A DNA stretch of 64,000 nt from Candidatus Bathyarchaeota archaeon (lineage in GTDB: Archaea > Thermoproteota > Bathyarchaeia > TCS64): the NCBI GenBank assembly GCA_041304325.1, contig JBFYNP010000071.1, positions 6,444 to 70,443 on the forward strand, given 5' to 3'. Of this stretch, positions 27,153-35,108 are shown piece by piece. Position 1 is the first letter of the stretch; each line of letters opens with the position of its first letter. Position numbers and translations under genes: made by a program. The notes under the pieces are model-generated. The model saw nothing but the letters and a program-made list of their open reading frames with translations, had not been told where the DNA came from and did no database searches.

Positions 27153-27950
27153 TTATACAACGTTTTGCTCCGCTAATGCTTCGGCAAATATCTCGCCGAA
27201 AGGTGTGAGACTTATGACTTTCATTTTACTACCCTTCGCAGCATCGATGAGCCCCTTCATTTCAAGACGAGTAACGATACGGCTGAACTTATTACGGAGG
27301 GTACTGGATGCAGCTTTGAACCCAAACCATCGAATGATATCACTTATAGACTCAGCTTCTCCTCCGTTCTGGTGGAGAAGTATGATGAGTTTCTTCTCAC
27401 GATCCCACTCCTTCTCTTCGTGTTTTGTATTGGGCTCTAAGCGATAACCAGGAAGCTGGATCTCCATCGGCTCTTTACTAGGCTGATTTCTGGCATTATC
27501 GAACCACTTTTCGAACTGTGGGTCTCCAGCTTTACCACTTACATACCATGCTGGGCGGTCTGAAGGCACAGAATATACCCTAGCATTGCGGAACATGAGC
27601 GCTACGGTAAGAGATACGCCCTGCGTGATATTGGTAGTACTGGTTATATCAATGAGCACTTCTTCACCATCACCGCGTGCCTTAGAAACTACGGAGTACA
27701 ATACTTTGAAAGCACTCCTATGATCCATTGGGTCGTATCCGAGCATCTCAGGGTCAAGTATCTCAAGCTTATCCCGGAGTTCATCGGCATTCTTTCTACT
27801 CATATAACTAAAAATCGCGGTTTCATCCGTTGCCTGGGCGTTACTATATAGAAGAAAGAGCTTGGTTATTCCATGGATTTTACTCCAGTAGCGGATCCCA
27901 TCGAAGGGGCGGCGGAAATGTGTTCCGACGAGGCAAACGATTATTGTCAT
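27153..27950 (-). CDS. Putative transcriptional regulator: N-terminal Csa3/CARF-like (HFX_2341/DUF6293-type) Rossmann domain plus C-terminal winged helix
   Basis: The N-terminus MTIIVCLVGTHF...KLFLLYS...EEVLIDITSTTNITQGVSLTVALMFRNARVYSV has the beta-alpha pattern and the DIT(S/G)-type loop of Csa3/CARF-like domains. The C-terminus KKLIILLHQNGGEAESISDIIRWFG...RIVTRLEMKGLIDA is MarR-like wHTH. Confidence 0.45.
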   Translation of the reverse strand: MTIIVCLVGTHFRRPFDGIRYWSKIHGITKLFLLYSNAQATDETAIFSYMSRKNADELRDKLEILDPEMLGYDPMDHRSAFKVLYSVVSKARGDGEEVLIDITSTTNITQGVSLTVALMFRNARVYSVPSDRPAWYVSGKAGDPQFEKWFDNARNQPSKEPMEIQLPGYRLEPNTKHEEKEWDREKKLIILLHQNGGEAESISDIIRWFGFKAASSTLRNKFSRIVTRLEMKGLIDAAKGSKMKVISLTPFGEIFAEALAEQNVV

Positions 27951-27971
27951 AATTGATCCGCCTATTTTCTC

Positions 27972-27988
27972 ATATATTCGGAATATAT
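27972..27988. promoter_or_regulatory. Perfect 8+1+8 palindrome ATATATTC-G-GAATATAT in the divergent regulator / nrdH-nrdD promoter region
   Basis: Read directly. It lies 22-38 nt upstream of the regulator ATG (27950, minus strand) and about 200 nt upstream of nrdH. Confidence 0.3.
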
Positions 27989-28194
27989 CTAGTATTGATG
28001 AAATATATAAGATATTCTAGCATAGAAAGACAATATTTGGATTATCATATATTTATGCGACAATCATACAGTTGCTAACATAAAATGGATTGTTCTTTCA
28101 ATTCATTATTCGTAGTATTATGATTGAGACGATTACGTTCATATATCTCCGAGAAGCAAGCTATTTTCATCTGAATTAGTGTTTTCTATCGGAG

Positions 28195-28470
28195 ATGTGT
28201 TGTTTGAACAAGACGAACTCGGAAATCAAGGTTTACTCTCTCCCAGATTGCCACAGGTGCGATGAATTAAAGACTTGGCTTAAGGCGAAGGACATCGATT
28301 TTGAAGCGAAATGGTTCGACTCTGAGGCTCAAACTGAGTTCGTTATGCGTAATATGTTCGGCAATCCACCCATCCTCGAAGTTGGGGACCGCTGTGCCGC
28401 GGCCGAGGAGATGTTTCCAATGGGAACACTGAATGAGGGTATTGTGAGGGATGTAATTGGGGTTAAATAA
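28195..28470 (+). CDS. Glutaredoxin/NrdH-like small redoxin
   Basis: 91 aa. The thioredoxin-fold start is KVYSLPDCHRCDELKTWLKAKDIDFE with a CxxC motif. It lies immediately upstream of nrdD and overlaps it. Confidence 0.65.
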   Translation: MCCLNKTNSEIKVYSLPDCHRCDELKTWLKAKDIDFEAKWFDSEAQTEFVMRNMFGNPPILEVGDRCAAAEEMFPMGTLNEGIVRDVIGVK

Positions 28471-30721
28471 AGGTAAGGAACTAGCGCCTGAACAGACATT
28501 CATAAATCAGTTTTACAAGTCTGAGCGGCTCTATCGAGGTATGCCGATGGTCCGTACGACTGACGGATACCTGGTTGAGTGGGATAAGCGCCGGATATTG
28601 GATATGCTCGTCAAGGAGACAGAGCTTGCGAAGACGTTATTCGGCATGGAGCCACTTAGTTACCTAAGAGCGGAAAAGATTGCGGATGCGGTTGAGAATC
28701 GGATCCGGCTTATTAGACCAAAGTTTGTTTCTGGCCCAATGATCAGGGAGATGGTTAACAACATTCTTCTAGATTGGAGTGAGCATGAAGAGCTTAAGGA
28801 ACTCCAGATTTATAGAAATATTCTCTCACGTGTCGGTGTACCAATCGCAGATGCATATGAAATAGACACTGGCTCCGGATACGAGTCTAAAGAGAATGCC
28901 AACTTGCAACCGAACCCCGAGACAATCCATAAGAAAAAGGCGGATAGACTAAGTAAGGAACAGTATCTTCTCCTTATGAATCCTGAACTTGCTACAGCCC
29001 ATCATCAAGGTGACATCCATATTCACACTTTGGAATACTTCGGCTCCAGACCGTTCTGCCAGGATTGGGATATGAGGTACTTCCTCTATTATGGTCTGAT
29101 TCCGGATGGACAAGGTTTCAGGAGCAGTGTCGCAGGACCCGCTAAGCAGCCAGAGGTAGCTATCCTTCATAGTGTTAAGGTCCTTGCTGCAGGTCAGACC
29201 AATTTCAGTGGAGGTCAAGGCTTCATGTATTACACCATGTTTCTAGCACCGTTCCTCCGTGGTCTCCCCTATCAGAAAGTAAAACAGTTAGCCCAGATGA
29301 TGTTCTACGAGCTTACTCAGACATATGTAACTCGTGGAGGTCAACTCGTATTCAGCAATATCCAACTCCCGATGGGTGTCCCAGATATCTGGAAAAACGT
29401 TCCTGTCGTTATGAAGGGACGTATCGGTCCCGATACCTACGGCAGCTATGAAGATGAGGTCCAGATGTTTTTCCGAGCAATCACCGAGGTCGCACTTGAA
29501 GGCGACTACTGGGGTAAACCATTCAACTTCCCAAAGAACGAGAACTACGTCTCACCGGAGTTCTTCAAACCCGAATACGATGATCTTTGGATGCTCGTCC
29601 ATGAGAGCGTAGGAAAGTTTGGAGCCCCCTACTTCGACAATATGCTGCCAGCCTATCGAGGCTATGGTAATGGCATCAGTTGCTACCAGTGCTGCGCATA
29701 CCAGTTCTCCAACACACCAGAGTCTGATCCAAAGTTCCATGAAAAACTCAATTTCGATAACGGTCAACATTTCAGTATGGGCGGCTGGCAGGTTGTAAGC
29801 CTCAACATGCCACGATTAGCCTACAGGGCTAACGGTGACTACGATAAGCTTCTGGAATCGGCTCAGGAGAACATGCAACTCGCCGTTGATGTCTTCAAGG
29901 CGAAGCATTTCTGGATGGATAAAGCGATAAAAAATAATATGGTACCCTTCGCTACACAGACACCTCGAGACCCTAGAACTGGCAAGCAAGGCCCACCCGC
30001 CGTCGATTTCTCAGAGCTGGTTAATGTCATCGGAGTTGTAGGGATCAACGAGATGGTTCAGCAGTTCACAGGCAAACAACTACACGAGAGTAACGATGCG
30101 GTTAGGGTTGCCATAAAGCTCCTCCTCGACATGGAGAAGTACAGAAAAGGCTTGGAGATGCGGAACGGCTTCAAGATGATGTTGGCACGAACCCCCGCAG
30201 AAAGCACAGCTCAAACATTCGCCATCTCTGACCTCGTCAGCCCGAGCTATAAAAAATTCGCGAAGAACATAGTTAAAGGCGACATCGAGTCAAGCCTCGC
30301 TTTACTGAAGGGAAAACGTGACCTACCAGTCTACTACAGCAATGGTACTCACACTTATGTGGGAGCAAAGATCCCGTTAGGGCAAAAGATCGATATCGAA
30401 CACAAATTCTTCCCTATTCTAAGTGGAGGAAACATATTCCATGCCTGGTTAGGTGAGTCTTGCTCCGACCCTGAGGCACTCTACAAGCTCACACAGAGAA
30501 TCTGCCGGAACAGCCAGATCGGATACTTCAGCTACACAAAAGACTTGACAGTCTGTAGCCAGTGTCAATCCACATCCACTGGGATGCTGAAGAGCTGCCC
30601 AACATGTGGATCCGACAATGTCAGATGGTGGAGCCGGATCACAGGCTACTACACGGATGTTACCGGTTGGAACGCGGGTAAGCGTCAAGAGCTTATGGAC
30701 CGGTACAAAGTCACTCTATAG
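28457..30721 (+). CDS. nrdD: Anaerobic ribonucleoside-triphosphate reductase (class III RNR)
   Basis: The C-terminal zinc ribbon is CSQCQ...CPTCGS, followed by the glycyl-radical loop SRITGYYTDVTGWNAGK. The ATP-cone-like N-terminus is VRTTDGYLVEWDKRRI. The alternative start MPMV at 28541 is possible. Confidence 0.9.
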   Translation: MGLNKGKELAPEQTFINQFYKSERLYRGMPMVRTTDGYLVEWDKRRILDMLVKETELAKTLFGMEPLSYLRAEKIADAVENRIRLIRPKFVSGPMIREMVNNILLDWSEHEELKELQIYRNILSRVGVPIADAYEIDTGSGYESKENANLQPNPETIHKKKADRLSKEQYLLLMNPELATAHHQGDIHIHTLEYFGSRPFCQDWDMRYFLYYGLIPDGQGFRSSVAGPAKQPEVAILHSVKVLAAGQTNFSGGQGFMYYTMFLAPFLRGLPYQKVKQLAQMMFYELTQTYVTRGGQLVFSNIQLPMGVPDIWKNVPVVMKGRIGPDTYGSYEDEVQMFFRAITEVALEGDYWGKPFNFPKNENYVSPEFFKPEYDDLWMLVHESVGKFGAPYFDNMLPAYRGYGNGISCYQCCAYQFSNTPESDPKFHEKLNFDNGQHFSMGGWQVVSLNMPRLAYRANGDYDKLLESAQENMQLAVDVFKAKHFWMDKAIKNNMVPFATQTPRDPRTGKQGPPAVDFSELVNVIGVVGINEMVQQFTGKQLHESNDAVRVAIKLLLDMEKYRKGLEMRNGFKMMLARTPAESTAQTFAISDLVSPSYKKFAKNIVKGDIESSLALLKGKRDLPVYYSNGTHTYVGAKIPLGQKIDIEHKFFPILSGGNIFHAWLGESCSDPEALYKLTQRICRNSQIGYFSYTKDLTVCSQCQSTSTGMLKSCPTCGSDNVRWWSRITGYYTDVTGWNAGKRQELMDRYKVTL

Positions 30722-30778
30722 AATACTCGTTTTATCGGTAATTTTACAAGCTCATAGAGTTAATGCTCTTGATCTATT

Positions 30779-31909
30779 TTGTCTCTAGTAGGTAAACTTG
30801 TAGAGGAAGTACCAACTCCGGCATTGCTTTTAGATCTTGATAAGTTTCGCTGGAACGTGGAGAAGATGTTCACATTTGCACAAAAGCAAAAGGTTGGTGT
30901 ACGTCCTCATGCGAAGACGTTCAAATCTGCGGCTATCTGCAACCAACTCCTAGATGCTGGCGCACTTGGTGTGATGACACAGAAGCTGAGCGAGGCTGAG
31001 GTTCTTCTTCAATCCGGAATCTTATACGGTGAGAAGAATATCTTAATCAGCCAAGAGCTAACAGATCGAGGAAAAGTGGAGAGGTTAGTTGGCTATAATG
31101 TCGCTATGGGTGAAGGAAAGGTTCTCACAAGTATCGATGACATCCGTGAAGCGGAGATGATCGACGAAGCGGCTCGAGCTTGGGATGTAAAACAGCATGT
31201 TGTGATCGAGATGAGCCACGGTCGCTGTGGTACACCACCAGGGCTACCAACGGTGGAGCTGGCAAAGAAGATCGCCTCTCTAAAAGGCCTCGTTTTTAGG
31301 GGTATATACGGATATGAGAATCCCGTTAAGCGGGAGATTGCTCTGGAGCGTAATAAACTCACAGTGGAGACTGCAAACATGATAAGAGATGCTGGAATAA
31401 CAGTAGAGATAGTTAGTGCAGGATCCACTGACACTTATGAGGTTACAGGCACTTATCCCGGGATCACAGAAATTGAGCCAGGTAGCTTCGTATTCGGTGC
31501 AGGTGTTGAGGGCTCAGGCTATGGTTGGGGGAGCAACAACAACGTCTATTTCAAGAACAGTCTTACCGTACTCTCCTCGATCATTAGTACAACTCATACG
31601 GATCGAGTAGTAACCGACGCTGGACTTAAGGCACTCAGCGGAGGAGATCCCCATGCAAACCCCGCAGTACTCGTCCACATGGAGGGTAAACGATTAAACT
31701 TTGATAAGGCTGGTTTAAGCGAGGAGCATTGCACCCTCTACTTTAAGGAAGGAAGTGAAGATAGACGTGGACTCAGATGGGGACAGAAGCTAGAGCTTAC
31801 CCCAAGCCACTGCTGCACAGCGGTGAACCAACACGAAGAGATGCTCGTTGTAAAGAATGGGCGCATAGCAGCGGTCTGGCCAGTAACAGCACGAGGTAAA
31901 TACATTTAG
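30779..31909 (+). CDS. DSD1-type PLP enzyme (alanine-racemase-fold N domain; D-serine dehydratase / D-threonine aldolase-like)
   Basis: PTPALLLDLDKFRWNV, then the PLP-lysine motif VRPHAKTFKSAAICNQLLDAGALGV. The C-terminus is TPSHCCTAVNQH. Confidence 0.65.
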   Translation: MSLVGKLVEEVPTPALLLDLDKFRWNVEKMFTFAQKQKVGVRPHAKTFKSAAICNQLLDAGALGVMTQKLSEAEVLLQSGILYGEKNILISQELTDRGKVERLVGYNVAMGEGKVLTSIDDIREAEMIDEAARAWDVKQHVVIEMSHGRCGTPPGLPTVELAKKIASLKGLVFRGIYGYENPVKREIALERNKLTVETANMIRDAGITVEIVSAGSTDTYEVTGTYPGITEIEPGSFVFGAGVEGSGYGWGSNNNVYFKNSLTVLSSIISTTHTDRVVTDAGLKALSGGDPHANPAVLVHMEGKRLNFDKAGLSEEHCTLYFKEGSEDRRGLRWGQKLELTPSHCCTAVNQHEEMLVVKNGRIAAVWPVTARGKYI

Positions 31910-31915
31910 TCATAC

Positions 31916-31921
31916 TTTTTT
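31916..31921 (+). terminator. Oligo-T tract 7 nt after the stop codon, followed by a 7-bp hairpin (31962-31978)
   Basis: T6 read directly after TAG (31907-31909). Archaeal termination commonly uses oligo-T. The hairpin is AGCTTTT-GTG-AAAAGCT. Confidence 0.3.
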
Positions 31922-32231
31922 AGGGCAAAGCACAGAATAAGCAAAAAACATTAATGATCGTAGCTTTTGTGAAAAGCTTTACGCCTTCACTTATCTGTAA
32001 GTAGCTTTCGAGGGTATTGTACAAACCGACCATATGTTCTGCAGACCTGATTAAATATAAGTCGGCTAGAACCTGAATTTCTGAATGTAGAGTGGAATAT
32101 AGGGATTCAATGTGTTAGCTTTGAACGTAAATTTGAAATGTATCCAAAATTTCGAAATATCAAGTAATTAAAACATCCATTATGTGTTCTAGACAATATA
32201 TGATGTTTAAGAGCTATCATTTATAGATAAG

Positions 32232-32852
32232 GTGATCTATTCAGGAAACATGCCAACGGTGATAGATGGCCCATTTATTCTCAGGATGGCAGTTATATTC
32301 GCAGTAACCACCGCGTTCTTCTATTTAATTCCGAGTGGATACGTTGAAGCTGCCACCGCAGTTTCTGGAGTATCTGCTCTAAGATTATTTGGCCACAACG
32401 CTTCTTGGTGGGTTGAAAACGGGGTCACATATCTCCAACTCGAAGGTGGAAACTCGGTTTTAGTCTCTATTATTCGGGAGTGTACAGCCCTTAACGTTTT
32501 TGGGATCATTACAGGGTTAATTCTACCGATTGCTGCTCCTTTCTGGAGGAGAATAATTGCCTCGCTTTCTGCTGGAGCTGCGCTTTTTATCTTAAACATT
32601 CCTAGAATAGCCTTAACGGTCTATCTAACCGCTTATGACACCTGGCCTTTCACTGTGCTTCCAGCGCTGAGTCTTGAGACTTATCATTACCCCATCAGTT
32701 TTTTGTTTGGTGTTTTTGGAGTAGCTTTGGTTGTACTCGGACTTACAAAATGGATAATTCCAGAGCTTGGTGACACCTTGATAGGTATTGTTGATTGGCT
32801 TAATTTGAAATTACGAGGAATAGTTTTCCCAGCTAAACTCATTGAATCTTAG
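32232..32852 (+). CDS. Small exosortase/archaeosortase-family membrane protein
   Basis: 206 aa, polytopic. The candidate catalytic Cys is in IIRECTALNVFGI, the Arg in LNIPRIALTVYL and the His in ETYHYPISFLFG. Order and spacing match the Cys-Arg-His pattern of the family. Confidence 0.55.
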   Translation: MIYSGNMPTVIDGPFILRMAVIFAVTTAFFYLIPSGYVEAATAVSGVSALRLFGHNASWWVENGVTYLQLEGGNSVLVSIIRECTALNVFGIITGLILPIAAPFWRRIIASLSAGAALFILNIPRIALTVYLTAYDTWPFTVLPALSLETYHYPISFLFGVFGVALVVLGLTKWIIPELGDTLIGIVDWLNLKLRGIVFPAKLIES

Positions 32853-32966
32853 AATATGAATAAATTTACTTGAGATCAGTTAATACCAAAATTGTTGTAA
32901 GATGACGTGTATTTTCCTTAAATTTCTGATCCTAATAGTTTTGAAAATGTGTACAAGATATTTTTA

Positions 32967-33485
32967 TTATAGGCCTTTAGCGGCTTCTATGAGTTTGGAT
33001 GCTTGATTCTCGGTGAACCCAGCTTTTCCTGCAAGACTCTCAGGTTTCTCTTTTGCAACCTGTTCCGCGTATTCGTAGCCAGCAGCCTTTAGTTTTTCAG
33101 CTGTTACAGCTCCGACCCCTGATATCTCGGTAATATCATGTTTGAGAGAGGTTTTTTCTTTACTCTTCTCAATTTTTGGTTTAGATATTTCAGCGGGTTG
33201 CGCGTTCTCAGGTCGTAGGTGTATCGCAACTGCGGAGACGTTTCTTTTTCCATTCTCTCCATCGAGTTCTTCGGTTCCTATCTCAACTATAGGTCGACCG
33301 ACTCCCGTGAGGAATTTATTTCGACAGACCTCGGCGACGTCAACTGCATTGCTTATAGCTCTTCCTCGGGCTTTCAATGTGATTCCCTCTGGAGAGGCGT
33401 TATAGGCGGTGATTACTGCGAGGACGTAGCTCATTGGGGGATTGCTTCCTATGTAAACGACGTTGTTACTGCTCATGTGCTTCAT
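32967..33485 (-). CDS. albA: Alba chromatin/RNA-binding protein fused to a C-terminal (HhH)2-like domain
   Basis: The Alba core is NVVYIGSNPPMSYVLAVI...ITLKARGRAISNAVDVAEV...NVSAVAIHL (about aa 8-100). A Lys-rich linker follows, then ITEISGVGAVTAEKLKAAGY and LAGKAGFTENQASKLIEAA helix-hairpin-helix motifs. Confidence 0.75.
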   Translation of the reverse strand: MKHMSSNNVVYIGSNPPMSYVLAVITAYNASPEGITLKARGRAISNAVDVAEVCRNKFLTGVGRPIVEIGTEELDGENGKRNVSAVAIHLRPENAQPAEISKPKIEKSKEKTSLKHDITEISGVGAVTAEKLKAAGYEYAEQVAKEKPESLAGKAGFTENQASKLIEAAKGL

Positions 33486-33816
33486 AAATAATTACAGGGG
33501 AGTCTATAAAAGAACTCCTCATGAAAGATTGTGTGGTCATGTTTTGTAGCTCTAGAATCGAATTATAGCAACTGAATTAAGAGCTGTGGATGTGTACTCA
33601 TCTGAAACTTTGAAAAACATAAAATTGAGAATGTATTAGAATTTAGATTGTGCCTAATTTTTCGTTATTCATATGTAACGCTTTTTACAGTTATGTTTCA
33701 GATTAATATTTTCTGAATTTGGATACACAGTTATTATAACAGCCCCTCCATCATTTTCAGCTACTTGAAAGACTATAACCATAAACTTTTAACACAATCT
33801 CTATAGGGAACAATCC

Positions 33817-34425
33817 ATGATTAAGAGAGAAATCATTTACTTTGAAGAAGGTGGTTCAGAGCATACGGACACAACTATAGATGCTTCAATAAAAGCTGCT
33901 AAGGAGTTTGGGATAGGTAAGATCGTTATCGCCTCTACAACTGGAGATTCTGGAGTAAAAGCAGCGGAAAAGGCGAAGGGTTCAGGTATCAAAGTCATAG
34001 TTGTTGGTCACCAGCACTGGTTTACCACGCCACCCCAAAAGTTCACGCCAGAAAATGCTGAAAAACTCATAGCTCTCGGTGCTGAGGTAAATATCGGTTC
34101 GGACGTTCTAACTAACAGTATTCGGCAGAAAGATCGTTTAGGAGCGAGTCCTCTTAGCATTATTACCCAGATTCTCAGTAGTCTAAAACTGAAGGTTAAT
34201 GTGGAGATTGTGCTTAAGGCGACTGATGCTGGGCTTCTTCAACCTGGAGAGAGAGTTATAAGTCTTGCTGGAAGCCATAGCGGGATTGACACTGCAGTGG
34301 TGCTTGTAGCGAATCAGACTGCGAATATTCTCGATATAAAACTTGACGAGATCATCGCTATCCCGCTTACACGAGAGAAAGCAGATGCTTCCTATATGCA
34401 GGCGAGGCAGCCTCCTAAACTTTAG
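33817..34425 (+). CDS. Pyruvate-kinase C-terminal (alpha/beta) domain-like protein
   Basis: IYFEEGGSEHTDTTIDASIKAAKEFGIGKIVIASTTGDSGVKAAE matches the stand-alone PK_C-like archaeal family pattern. Confidence 0.55.
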   Translation: MIKREIIYFEEGGSEHTDTTIDASIKAAKEFGIGKIVIASTTGDSGVKAAEKAKGSGIKVIVVGHQHWFTTPPQKFTPENAEKLIALGAEVNIGSDVLTNSIRQKDRLGASPLSIITQILSSLKLKVNVEIVLKATDAGLLQPGERVISLAGSHSGIDTAVVLVANQTANILDIKLDEIIAIPLTREKADASYMQARQPPKL

Positions 34426-34846
34426 GTACAAGCGTCGGCTCATCTGGTTCTTCATTTAGCTTTGCGTTGTTCTCGTAGCCTCTTACGTAAAGGAGACTTC
34501 TGCCTTCAGGAATTCGACCGTTAAGAAAATCTACACCGTGGTCTAACATGTAATTCGAGACCTCCCAAGGGTCATTGAAGATCACATCGCTTACCACAAG
34601 TGGGATATCTTCATAGCCTTCTTGGTTTAGCATTAGCCTTCGACGTTTTCCATATTGGAATAGATCTTCGTTTCTACCGAGGTGACAGGGATGATGTTCC
34701 CAAAACAATTTACCTCGAGGGAAAAAATCGATACGCTTTCGGCCAATAGGGTACTCATAACCAATTTCTGCATCCTTAAGCCCGAGAAATCGAAGGTAAA
34801 CAAAGCACTGAACCTCCTGATACGAGCTGAAGTGAATTCCTCTCAC
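34415..34846 (-). CDS. Hypothetical protein, possibly PD-(D/E)xK / Vsr-like nuclease fold
   Basis: GYEYPIGRKRIDFFPRGKLFWEHHP has the D...E-x-H spacing seen in DUF559/Vsr-like endonucleases. This is weak evidence. The start is GTG, and the frame stays open about 130 nt further upstream without an ATG/GTG/TTG. Confidence 0.3.
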   Translation of the reverse strand: MRGIHFSSYQEVQCFVYLRFLGLKDAEIGYEYPIGRKRIDFFPRGKLFWEHHPCHLGRNEDLFQYGKRRRLMLNQEGYEDIPLVVSDVIFNDPWEVSNYMLDHGVDFLNGRIPEGRSLLYVRGYENNAKLNEEPDEPTLVPKV

Positions 34847-35108
34847 CCGGAAACCGTATTCGTCTTTAAGGATCTTTAGACTGTTACCACTTGTTGATGA
34901 GATGGATTGTTTTTGGTAATCTGAAGAAATTATTTCGGCTGGAGATAAACTCCCACTCAGGGTGTCTTATCCTCCCTAAGAAAATAGATGGGACTGTATT
35001 GATAACGTTTACTACGTCAAATTTTGGTTTTTTTGTGTGGGTAATTGGCATTATTTTTAATATGTAATTTCAACAAGAATTGTTAGATCCATTCGGTTAA
35101 GATAAACA

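Noticed and set aside
27109-27447. 112-aa + strand ORF overlapping the 3' half of the CARF-like regulator.
   Set aside because: It is antisense to an ORF with a recognisable wHTH. The translation is low complexity.
34890-34965. Possible C/D-box sRNA (TGATGA at ~34894, CTGA ~20 nt later).
   Set aside because: The box spacing is wrong (guide region too long). There is no C'/D' pair or terminal D box with a closing stem. The segment also lies in an open protein-coding frame continuous with ORF 34415..34846.
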